From an uncultured Thermoleophilia bacterium (GTDB taxonomy: Bacteria; Actinomycetota; Thermoleophilia; UBA2241), in contig CAVVTV010000025.1 in assembly GCA_963751215.1 (NCBI GenBank), positions 130,665 to 194,664 of the forward strand: DNA of 64,000 nucleotides, written 5' to 3'. The position numbers and the translations under genes were made by a program. This document shows positions 18,970 to 27,319 of this stretch, in pieces. Position 1 is the stretch's first letter, and every line of letters starts with the position of its first letter. The notes beneath the pieces are model-generated. The model did no database searches and was not told the origin of the DNA. It was given only the letters and a program-made list of their open reading frames with translations.

Positions 18970-21496
18970 GCTCCCTCCCCGAGTGAGTGGAGGATCGCCG
19001 GCGCCGGCCGGCGCCGGTGGCCCGCGCGCGCTCGCCGGCCCGGGCGTGCTCGCCGGCGCGCAGACGCACCTTCTGCGGTCCCGCCGGGCCCGGCCACCAA
19101 CGCGGCAGCACCATATACACAACGCCCCGCGGACAGTCGCGATCGGGGCGCGCAACGAGCACGAGATCGCGCTCCGCCAAGCCGACCGTCACAAGACCGT
19201 CCGGCGCCGCGCCGAGGCGCGCCAGGTCGTCTGGGTGAATGCGCAGCCCCTCCTCGAGGCGCAGCTCTCCGAGGCCCTCGACAACGCCGGCCAGATCGAC
19301 ACCGCGGTGAGCGAACGCCGTGCGCTCGGCCACCAGAACGTAGCGCCGCCCGCGGCGCGCGGTGTCTTGCGCCGGCTCCGCCGCCCTGCCGGCCGGCGCG
19401 CTCGCCACGGCCGGCGCGGTCATCCGGGCCGCTTCGCCGGCCGCCCCCAGCGGCACCATGCGGCGCGGCGCGCGGTCGCGCTCGGCGGGAAAGGCCGGCA
19501 CCTCGGCGCGCATGGCCTCTCGCACGGCGCCGGCGTCGCGGTACTGCAAAGCGGGGTGTCCCAAGCACGCCGCGAGGCTCGAGAAGATCCACCAGTCGGG
19601 CTGCGCAGCCTTGCTCGCGCCGCACGCGCGCAGCCGCTCGAGGCCGCACACCTCCTGCACCCGGCCCTCGAGGTTGGTCAGAGTGCCGTCGGCCTCCGCA
19701 AACGAGGCCGCGGGCAGAAACGCATCCACGGCAAAGGGTGGCAGGTACATGTCTTGGGCGATCACGTAGTCACAGTCGGGGCGTGTCGCGAACGGCGCTG
19801 CCCCGACGAGGTACAGCACCCTCGGGCAACGGCCCGCGCGGAGCTGCGCCAGGTCGAAGCCCCGGTTCGCCACGCGCGAGCCCGCCCCTGCTCGCGGGCT
19901 CGGCGCCGCCCGCGGACCGGGCCACACCTCACTCAGCCCGCCGAGCTCCAGCACGCCACGCGTATTGGCGCCATTCACCAGCGGCAAGACGCTCGTGCCC
20001 TCACGCGTGGCCACGCTCTCCAGCTTGGCCACCAGCTCCGCCGCCCCCGCGCCGGCGAAGACCCGCGGCCCCACCACCACAGCCAGCGGGGCGCCCTCCA
20101 CCGTACCCAGGGTCTCCGTCAGGGCGATGGCCTCGCTACCCGCCGCAGGACGCAGCCAGCGGTCGGCCGCCCGGGCAAGGTTCGACTCGCGAGCATCTAC
20201 CACCACCAGGCGCGCGCCATCACGCAGCGCGCGCCTGACCTGCACCCCGACCACCGAGAACGAGAACCGCGAGTCGAGCCCCGCGACCACCACCGTGGCC
20301 GCCCGACGAACCGCCAGTATGGACACGGGCAGCGCGAACAGGCGCGACCACAGATGCACGCCACCGGCAAGGTCGTCGCGGGCGGTGGAGTCGACGCCGC
20401 CGCGCAGACCTGCTCGCACCAGTCGTTGGGCCGCATACACCGCCTCGTTCGTGAGATCGCCGGAGACCAGCATCAGCAGCTCCTCCGGGGCCACGTCGGC
20501 CAGCCTCGCGCTCACCTCCGCGAGGACCTCGTCCCAGCTTGTGACGCGCAAGCTGGCGCCACGACGCAGCATGGGCTCACGGGCGCGGGAATGATGGTGG
20601 GTCACTTCCGGCAGGCAGAAGCGCCCTCGCACGCAGAGCTGGCCGTCGTTCAGGGCCGCGTCGCGCGCGCCGCTCACCGACGAAAGACGGCCGTCTCGGT
20701 GAGCCAGCCGCACACGGCAGCCGAGGCTGCAGAACGGGCAGGTGGAAATCTCCTGGCCGTCGGGCGTGCCGTCCCACTTGGACACCTTGTCGGCGAGCGC
20801 CCCCGTGGGGCACACCGAGACGCAGGCCCCGCAGAACTCGCAGCCGGCCTGCGCGTGCGAATCACCGAAGGCCGGCCCCACCAGCGTCTTGGGGCCGCGG
20901 TACTTGAAAGCGAGCACCGCGGCCCCCCGCACCTCCTGGCACATGCGCACGCAGCGACCGCACAGGATGCAAAGGTTGTAGTCGCGGTCGAAGAACGGGT
21001 CGTCGTGCTCCACGCTCAGCCCCAGGTAGGAGATGGGGTAGGGGATGCCGGCCACGCCGACGTGGTCCGCGACCACCTGCAACTCGCAGTCGCCGTCTTT
21101 GGGACAGTTGCCGCACCCGGTAGAGACTCCGGCCTTGCGGATCGTCTTCTGGGTGCGCCGGCACTCCTCCCTCTCGTCGCAGACCAGACAACTGGAGGGG
21201 TGCTTGGAGAGGATGAGCTGAAGGATCTCGCGGCGCATCTCGCGCAGGGTCACCGTGTCGGTCGTCACTCGCATGCCCTCGGCAGCCAGCGTGCTGCAGG
21301 CCAGCGGGTAGCCGCGCAGGCCCGAGATCTCGACCATGCACAGGCGGCAGGCGCCGAACGGTGAGAGCTCCTCGTGAGAGCAAAGGGACGGCACATATGC
21401 TCCGGCGAGCTCCGCGGCGCGCAACACGGTGACTCCCTCCGGCACCGAGACGAGGCGATGATCGACCGTCAGATGCAGACGGGTCTCAGAGCCCAT
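18953..21496 (-). CDS. NuoG/FdhA-like Fe-S subunit with a molybdopterin-oxidoreductase (MopB) domain that appears non-catalytic
   Basis: Start at ORF residue 190 (MGSETRLHLTVDHRLVSVPEGVTVL). It has an N-terminal 2Fe-2S ferredoxin fold, a His/Cys cluster, two 4Fe-4S motifs, a MopB Cys motif (STCPFCSLGCRV...C) and a C-terminal molybdopterin-dinucleotide-binding barrel (IHPDDLARLGAAPDGLVTV). At the position aligned by eye to the FDH active site (CCARVUHGP) it reads STARDDLAGGV, so there is no Cys/Sec and no His. There is no in-frame TGA. Confidence 0.8.
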   Translation of the reverse strand: MGSETRLHLTVDHRLVSVPEGVTVLRAAELAGAYVPSLCSHEELSPFGACRLCMVEISGLRGYPLACSTLAAEGMRVTTDTVTLREMRREILQLILSKHPSSCLVCDEREECRRTQKTIRKAGVSTGCGNCPKDGDCELQVVADHVGVAGIPYPISYLGLSVEHDDPFFDRDYNLCILCGRCVRMCQEVRGAAVLAFKYRGPKTLVGPAFGDSHAQAGCEFCGACVSVCPTGALADKVSKWDGTPDGQEISTCPFCSLGCRVRLAHRDGRLSSVSGARDAALNDGQLCVRGRFCLPEVTHHHSRAREPMLRRGASLRVTSWDEVLAEVSARLADVAPEELLMLVSGDLTNEAVYAAQRLVRAGLRGGVDSTARDDLAGGVHLWSRLFALPVSILAVRRAATVVVAGLDSRFSFSVVGVQVRRALRDGARLVVVDARESNLARAADRWLRPAAGSEAIALTETLGTVEGAPLAVVVGPRVFAGAGAAELVAKLESVATREGTSVLPLVNGANTRGVLELGGLSEVWPGPRAAPSPRAGAGSRVANRGFDLAQLRAGRCPRVLYLVGAAPFATRPDCDYVIAQDMYLPPFAVDAFLPAASFAEADGTLTNLEGRVQEVCGLERLRACGASKAAQPDWWIFSSLAACLGHPALQYRDAGAVREAMRAEVPAFPAERDRAPRRMVPLGAAGEAARMTAPAVASAPAGRAAEPAQDTARRGRRYVLVAERTAFAHRGVDLAGVVEGLGELRLEEGLRIHPDDLARLGAAPDGLVTVGLAERDLVLVARPDRDCPRGVVYMVLPRWWPGPAGPQKVRLRAGEHARAGERARATGAGRRRRSSTHSGREHGPGR

Positions 21497-23396
21497 CAGA
21501 CGCTCCCGACTCAATGCGGATGGCGTCGCCGGCGACGGCGTCGAAACGGCAGATCTCGTAGCAGGAGCGGCACTTGATGCACTTCTCCGGGTCGAGATTG
21601 TGAACCTCGGCGCGTGGTCCAGTGATGGCTCCGGTAGGGCACACCTGCACGCAGCGCTGGCAGCCGGTGCACCGCTCAGGCATGATCCGGTACACGACGA
21701 GATCACGGCAGACCGCCGCCCGGCAGCGTCTCTCGACGATGTGCTCCACGAACTCGGCGCGGAAGTACTTGAGCGACGAGAGCACCGGGTTGGGCGCCGT
21801 CTGCCCGAGGCCGCAGAGGGAGCTGGCCTTGACCACACCGGCGAGCTTCTCGAGACGCGCGAGGTCGGTGAGCTGCGCCTCGCCGGAGCAGATCGCCGTG
21901 AGAATCTCTGCGAGGTGCCCGGTGCCGATGCGACACGGCACGCACTTGCCACATGATTCATCTTGGGTGAAGCCGAGGAAGTAGCGCGCCATGTCGACCA
22001 TGCACGTGTCGCGGTCGAGCACGATGAGCCCGCCCGAGCCCATGATGGAGCCGGCCGCGGCAAGGCTCTCGTAGTCGATGGGGATGTCGAGAAACTCCTC
22101 CCCGAGGCAGCCCCCCGACGGGCCCCCGGTTTGCACGGCCTTGAAGTCTTTGGCGAGCCCGCCGCCGATATCGTAGACCACCTGGCGCAGCGTCATGCCG
22201 AACGGGATCTCTATGAGTCCCGTGCGGCGCACCTTGCCGACCAGGCTGAAGGTCTTCGTGCCCTTCGACGTCTCGGTGCCGAAGCTCGCATACCACTCGG
22301 GCCCGCGGGCGAGGATCGCCGGCAGGGTCGCGAGCGTTTCCACGTTGTCGATAATCGTGGGCTCGCCGTGCAGACCTGCGACGGCGGGAAACGGGGGCCG
22401 CGTGCGCGGCATCCCGCGACGACCCTCGAGGCTCGCGATGAGAGCCGTCTCTTCACCGCAGACAAAGGCTCCCGCCCCTTCCTGGAGGCTGATGTCGAAC
22501 GAGAAGTCGCTGCCCAGGATCCTGTCGCCGAGCAGGCCGAGCTTGCGCATGGCGGCCAGCGCCGAGCGCAGGCGCTGGATCGCCAGCGGGTACTCGGCCC
22601 TGATGTAGATATGACCGTGTGCGGCGCCGATGGCGTAGCCGGCGATCAGCATGCCCTCGAGCACCTCGTGCGGGTCGCCCTCGATGAGGGAGCGGTTCAT
22701 GAAGGCGCCGGGGTCGCCCTCGTCGGCGTTGCAGATGAGGTGGCGCGCGTCGCTCTCGGTCTGCCGGCAGAAGGTCCATTTCTGCCAGGTAGGAAAGCCC
22801 GCCCCTCCACGGCCGCGCAACCCCGCGCGCCGAACGGCGTCGATCACGTCCTGCCACGGCATGTCGAGGCAGTGCGCGAACGCCGCATACCCGCCCCGGG
22901 CCAGATAGTGATCGATCTGCTCGGGATCGATGATGCCGCAGTTGCGCAGCACGATGCGCTTCTGGCGACTGAGCATCGGGTGGTCCGCGAGACTCGGTAC
23001 GCCGGCGCCATCGTACCCGCCGGCGCCCTCGTACTCGCCATCGCCAAGGTACCCCACGAGATGCCGCCGAGGCACCTCACCGCCGCGCAGAGCGTCGAGC
23101 GTGTCGGCGGCCAGGTCGCCCGTCATGTTGGAGTAGCTCAGACGAGGCCTGCCGGGGAGCTGCACGTCAAGGAGCGGCTCCAGGTAGCAGAGCCCCAGGC
23201 AGCCGACCGCCACGATCTCGGCGTCGACCTGCCGTTCCTCTAGATACCGGCGCACCCCGGCGAGCACCTCCAGGGCGCCCGCCGCCAGCCCGCACGACCC
23301 CATGCCGAGATAGACGACCGGGCGCCCGCTGGACGTGAGAGCCCGCCAGCGCGCTCCGGCTCTACGGCGGCGACGGTCAAGGGCGGGGGCGAGCAT
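21486..23396 (-). CDS. NuoF/HydB-like flavoprotein subunit: NAD(H)-binding, FMN, Fe-S; N-terminal thioredoxin-like 2Fe-2S and C-terminal 2x[4Fe-4S] extensions
   Basis: GAGAFVCGEETALIASLEGRRG is the FMN/NADH site. An N-terminal NuoE-like domain is present (GMGSCGLAAG...VGCLGLCYLEP). The C-terminal Cys motifs are CTGCQRCVQVCP and CIKCRSCYEICR. This architecture is as in HydB/HndC-type subunits. Confidence 0.9.
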   Translation of the reverse strand: MLAPALDRRRRRAGARWRALTSSGRPVVYLGMGSCGLAAGALEVLAGVRRYLEERQVDAEIVAVGCLGLCYLEPLLDVQLPGRPRLSYSNMTGDLAADTLDALRGGEVPRRHLVGYLGDGEYEGAGGYDGAGVPSLADHPMLSRQKRIVLRNCGIIDPEQIDHYLARGGYAAFAHCLDMPWQDVIDAVRRAGLRGRGGAGFPTWQKWTFCRQTESDARHLICNADEGDPGAFMNRSLIEGDPHEVLEGMLIAGYAIGAAHGHIYIRAEYPLAIQRLRSALAAMRKLGLLGDRILGSDFSFDISLQEGAGAFVCGEETALIASLEGRRGMPRTRPPFPAVAGLHGEPTIIDNVETLATLPAILARGPEWYASFGTETSKGTKTFSLVGKVRRTGLIEIPFGMTLRQVVYDIGGGLAKDFKAVQTGGPSGGCLGEEFLDIPIDYESLAAAGSIMGSGGLIVLDRDTCMVDMARYFLGFTQDESCGKCVPCRIGTGHLAEILTAICSGEAQLTDLARLEKLAGVVKASSLCGLGQTAPNPVLSSLKYFRAEFVEHIVERRCRAAVCRDLVVYRIMPERCTGCQRCVQVCPTGAITGPRAEVHNLDPEKCIKCRSCYEICRFDAVAGDAIRIESGASDGL

Positions 23397-23880
23397 CTAG
23401 CACCCCCTGGAGCTTGAGCACACTCATCTGCCCATAGATGATGTCGTCCAGCGTGATCACCGGGGCCAGGGCGCAGCACCCGAGGCAGGCCACGCGCTCC
23501 AGGTCGAACTCCCCGTCGGACGTGGTCTCGCCGGCCTCCACACCCAGCCTGCGCGCGGCCGTGTCGAGCATCTGCACACCCCCCTTGACGTGGCAGGCTG
23601 TGCCGAGGCAAATACGCAGGCGATGACGGCCGGGCGGGCAGAAGCGAAACTGCGAGTAGAAGGTGGCGACGCCGAAGACCTCGCCCTCCGACATCCGCAA
23701 CCAGCGCGCGATGCGCCGCACCGCGTCCGGCGAGAGATACCCGAGAGCCGCCTGCGCCTTCTGCAGCGCCGGCACGAGATCCGCGCGATGGCCGGCGAAC
23801 CCGCGCATGATGCCCGGCCAGGGATCGCCGTGTGACGACCCGCCCCGGGCGCCGGCCGGCTCTCGAGCCGACGCCTCCAT
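23377..23880 (-). CDS. NuoE/HydC-like thioredoxin-like [2Fe-2S] subunit
   Basis: CLGTACHVKGG...CLGCCALAPV is the Cys4 NuoE motif. The gene overlaps the nuoF-like start by 20 nt. Confidence 0.85.
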   Translation of the reverse strand: MEASAREPAGARGGSSHGDPWPGIMRGFAGHRADLVPALQKAQAALGYLSPDAVRRIARWLRMSEGEVFGVATFYSQFRFCPPGRHRLRICLGTACHVKGGVQMLDTAARRLGVEAGETTSDGEFDLERVACLGCCALAPVITLDDIIYGQMSVLKLQGVLDARPRP

Positions 23881-23889
23881 GGCAACCTC

Positions 23890-24228
23890 CTACCTCAGGC
23901 CGAGCTCGACCAGGCGCACGGCGTACGACCAGGTGTCGTCCATGGTTGTGAAGAGCGCGATGCCCACTCTGTCGGCGAGGCTCACGACATCGTCGGCCGG
24001 ACGCTTGTCGTGGGCGAACACGACCATGGCGGCATCGACCACGTTGGCCGCCGCGATGAGGTTCTTATGCGTCTGTAGAGTCACCAGTAGGCTGCCGCTC
24101 TGAGCACCCGTGATGATGTCCGACGCCATGTCGGACACATACACCCCCGAGACGTCGGCATCTTCCTGCACATTGAGCGCTTCGAGCCCTGTTCTCTCGA
24201 CGATCTCGGAGATTCTCACGGTGCCCAC
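23890..24228 (-). CDS. DRTGG domain protein (second copy)
   Basis: 112 aa with LLVTLQTHKNLIAAANVVDAAMVVFAHDKRPADDVVSLADRVGIALFTT, similar to the 16360-16701 product. Confidence 0.7.
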   Translation of the reverse strand: MGTVRISEIVERTGLEALNVQEDADVSGVYVSDMASDIITGAQSGSLLVTLQTHKNLIAAANVVDAAMVVFAHDKRPADDVVSLADRVGIALFTTMDDTWSYAVRLVELGLR

Positions 24229-24258
24229 CTCCTTGCTCGGCTTGACCGACGCGTGCTG

Positions 24259-24777
24259 TTACAGCTCTGTGAGCCCAGCGTCGGCGATGACGACGCCCGC
24301 GCAGCAGTCGATGTCGCTGCACATGCTGCACGGCACTACCACGATCTTCTTGTGCGCCGAGCGCAGGCGCTGGTTGAAGTACTCGCCCAGCGCCGCGACC
24401 CCCTCGTCGCTCACACAGTGACCCGCGGAGTGGCTAGAGTCGGCACAGAGTGCCACGTAGACCGAGGTGCCCTTGCCCATCTCGAGAGCCATGCAGCCGA
24501 CTTGGCACTCGGGGTCTTCGCAGGTCGACAGCATGAGACCCGTCATGTCGCTGAGGTCGACCACCGTGCCGCAGATCTCGCAGCGCAGGCCGAAGGCGAC
24601 CGCCTGAGAGCTTGAGAGGTACCTCCACATGTGCTCACCCTGACGGTACTCGTCCATGGGCGCGGCCGGTTCCGTGGAGAAGAACGAGCCGCGGGCGCCG
24701 CAGTGGTAGCAGCCTTCGACGACCAGATACCCGCTGCGGACGTTGGTCATCGACCAGTGATGGGGGCAGGTGCTCAT
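24259..24777 (-). CDS. Cys-rich protein of unknown function (14 Cys in 172 aa), first gene of the redox operon
   Basis: The ATG at 24777 is preceded by GGAGGA. It carries CxxC pairs (CYHC, CEIC), CEDPECQVGC, and CSMCSDIDCC. No family was recognised. Confidence 0.5.
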   Translation of the reverse strand: MSTCPHHWSMTNVRSGYLVVEGCYHCGARGSFFSTEPAAPMDEYRQGEHMWRYLSSSQAVAFGLRCEICGTVVDLSDMTGLMLSTCEDPECQVGCMALEMGKGTSVYVALCADSSHSAGHCVSDEGVAALGEYFNQRLRSAHKKIVVVPCSMCSDIDCCAGVVIADAGLTEL

Positions 24778-25274
24778 ACGTCCTCCAGTCCCGGGTGGCC
24801 GCGCGCAGCGAGGATCGTGCGAGAAGAAACGGGAGTGCCCGCGGCCTCCCAAAGCCGCAGCCTGCCGCTGGCGCGCCACCGCCGCGTAGCTAGCCGCGAC
24901 GGCATGGCGTCGAAAGAGAGCAAACGTGACGTCTCGTCCACAGCTCCTCCGCCCTTGCTTTGCGAGCCCCGGACCCAAGGGCCAAGTCGAGTCCCGATAC
25001 CATAGTACCACCGGCCCATCGCCGCGGGGCGACAAATCCCCGCTGCCTGGGCGATCGCATGACGCCGCGCTCTGCGCAGGCGCATCGGGTTGCATTCGCG
25101 GCCGAGTTGGGGTTAAATCGCCCCGGATCTACACAGAAGAGGCGCCCCGACGCCTCGCCCCGCTGCAGGTTCGTCCCTTTCCCTTTTGTGTGACGGTCAT
25201 GCCGTGCGGTTGGCGAGCGCCCGGGCGCGGACCGCCCGCCGGGCACAGGCACATGCCGCTGCCCTGCCGGGATA

Positions 25275-25994
25275 GTGCGTCGGAAGGATGTTGTGCGGAG
25301 CAGAACCCTACTCACAATCGCTGCCCTGGCCACGATCGCTGCCGCGGCACACGCCCCCTCGGCCGGGGCCTCCCCCCTCACTACACACCAGATGCAGACC
25401 CATCTCCAGCAAGCCAAGTCACGCTTGCGCCTTGCTCGCCGGCACTCCTCTCAGGCGGCCGTCAACGCCGCCGGCGCCCGCGCCTTGCAGGCCCTCACCC
25501 CATCCGCGACCCCCGTCACTCCGCCCCCGGGTATGGACCAGGCGCTCGCCGCCCAGCTCCTGGCCGATGGCGTGGTGACCGCCGACGAAGTCGCCACCGT
25601 TCAGGCCCGTGCCGACCAGCTCAAGGGCGGCGTGCACGTCTGGGCGCGGCGCGTACGTGGCCTCGGCAGACGCCTGCGGCACGTGCAGCGCATCAGCGAC
25701 TGGGCACGCCGCGGAACCTGGAAGCCACTGATCGCCATCGCCGCACGTGAGTACGGTGTGAGCCAGACCGGCCTGTACCGGATGATGATGTTCGAGTCTG
25801 GCGGCCGGCGCTACGCAGGCACAGCCTACAAGGGGCTGTTCCAGTACTGCCCGAGCACCTGGGCGGCTTCGTGGAACCCCTGGCGCTGCGAGAGCGTCTT
25901 CAACGGCTGGGCGCAGATCAGGGCCACCGCCCTCGCCGTCAGCAGGGGCATGGGCCCGAGCCAGTGGCCCAACACGTACCCCAGGGCGTTCTGA
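25275..25994 (+). CDS. Secreted protein with a C-terminal Rpf/lytic-transglycosylase-like domain
   Basis: A signal-peptide-like N-terminus (LLTIAALATIAAAAHA; likely GTG start near 25293) is followed by MMFESGGRRYAGTAYKGLFQYCPSTWAA, which resembles the transglycosylase-like ESGG...GLFQ...TW motif. Confidence 0.6.
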   Translation: MRRKDVVRSRTLLTIAALATIAAAAHAPSAGASPLTTHQMQTHLQQAKSRLRLARRHSSQAAVNAAGARALQALTPSATPVTPPPGMDQALAAQLLADGVVTADEVATVQARADQLKGGVHVWARRVRGLGRRLRHVQRISDWARRGTWKPLIAIAAREYGVSQTGLYRMMMFESGGRRYAGTAYKGLFQYCPSTWAASWNPWRCESVFNGWAQIRATALAVSRGMGPSQWPNTYPRAF

Positions 25995-26013
25995 AGGCCG
26001 ATCTAGAGAAGTC

Positions 26014-26061
26014 GACGAGCCGGGGCGGGCGGTCCACTAGTGACCGCCCGCCCCGGCTCGT
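26014..26061. terminator. Perfect 20-bp GC-rich stem (ACGAGCCGGGGCGGGCGGTC-cactagt-GACCGCCCGCCCCGGCTCGT) between convergent genes
   Basis: The inverted repeat is seen directly in the sequence. Confidence 0.55.
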
Positions 26062-26142
26062 CGTGCCGCCCGCCGGCCGTCTGCGCCAGCGGTGCGCGCC
26101 AGCGGTGCTCGCCACGGCCCTGGAGCCTATCCCCGTAGGCTC

Positions 26143-26382
26143 CTAACGCTTCACCAGATAGACCCCGTCGAGGCGCGTGACGACCTTGACCGCCGCGTTC
26201 AGCTGGATCACGGCCTTCTTCAGCCCGGCGACGATCGTCGCCGGCTTCGCGTTTCCTTCCACGCGGGCGCTCTCGTACCCGGCATCGCCGAACTCCCGCA
26301 CCATCTCTACGTACTTGCCGGTGGCTCGCGAAGCGCGTGGCGGCAAGGGGGCCGGCACCAGCTTCAGTTTGCGTTCTGCCAT
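26143..26382 (-). CDS. Small hypothetical protein (~79 aa)
   Basis: ATG at 26382 with AGGAGG 8 nt upstream. GC3 is high. No family was recognised. Confidence 0.4.
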   Translation of the reverse strand: MAERKLKLVPAPLPPRASRATGKYVEMVREFGDAGYESARVEGNAKPATIVAGLKKAVIQLNAAVKVVTRLDGVYLVKR

Positions 26383-26672
26383 CGTCCCAACCTCCTGGCG
26401 TGTCATGTGTAGCGCGACCACAAGGGTACTCCATTAAACGTAGACAGCACAATGCATCGCCCGCCATAGCGGCTTTGAAGCACCGTTACCGGGCCACATC
26501 GCGTTGCTGCACCTGACCTGCCAGGGAATCGCCCGTGACGCTGCGTCGCAAGCGGACCTCGGCGCGGCATACTTAGTCATCGACGAGCGGTCGACGACCG
26601 GTCACCCCATCATCGTACTGAGTGGCTCCTATCGCGCGACATCGTTCGCCGAGAGCCGGGCCGGCGCGAATG

Positions 26673-27236
<564 letters not shown>

Positions 27237-27319
27237 GACGTCAGCCTCCCTTTGCGTAGCGGTATCACACTTCGCTGAGATACCCGCTACGGCGAGGGGG
27301 TAGCCGCGAGATCGCGGAT

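Noticed and set aside
18659-21364. A 901-aa plus-strand ORF, and many other long Arg/Ala/Pro-rich ORFs (e.g. 18925-20238, 1680-2476, 5504-6973, 8164-9414, 9275-10258, 14296-15945, 16507-17523, 42209-44080, 58784-60031)
   Set aside because: They lie antisense to, or out of frame with, genes that carry clear conserved motifs. Their composition (RRRAG.. runs, no motifs) is the usual stop-codon-poor artefact of ~70% GC DNA.
18953-21496. Calling this gene a formate dehydrogenase alpha subunit, or a catalytic [FeFe]-hydrogenase HydA
   Set aside because: There is no Cys/Sec at the Mo-ligand position and no TGA recoding. There are no H-cluster motifs. It is better described as a NuoG-like non-catalytic MopB subunit.
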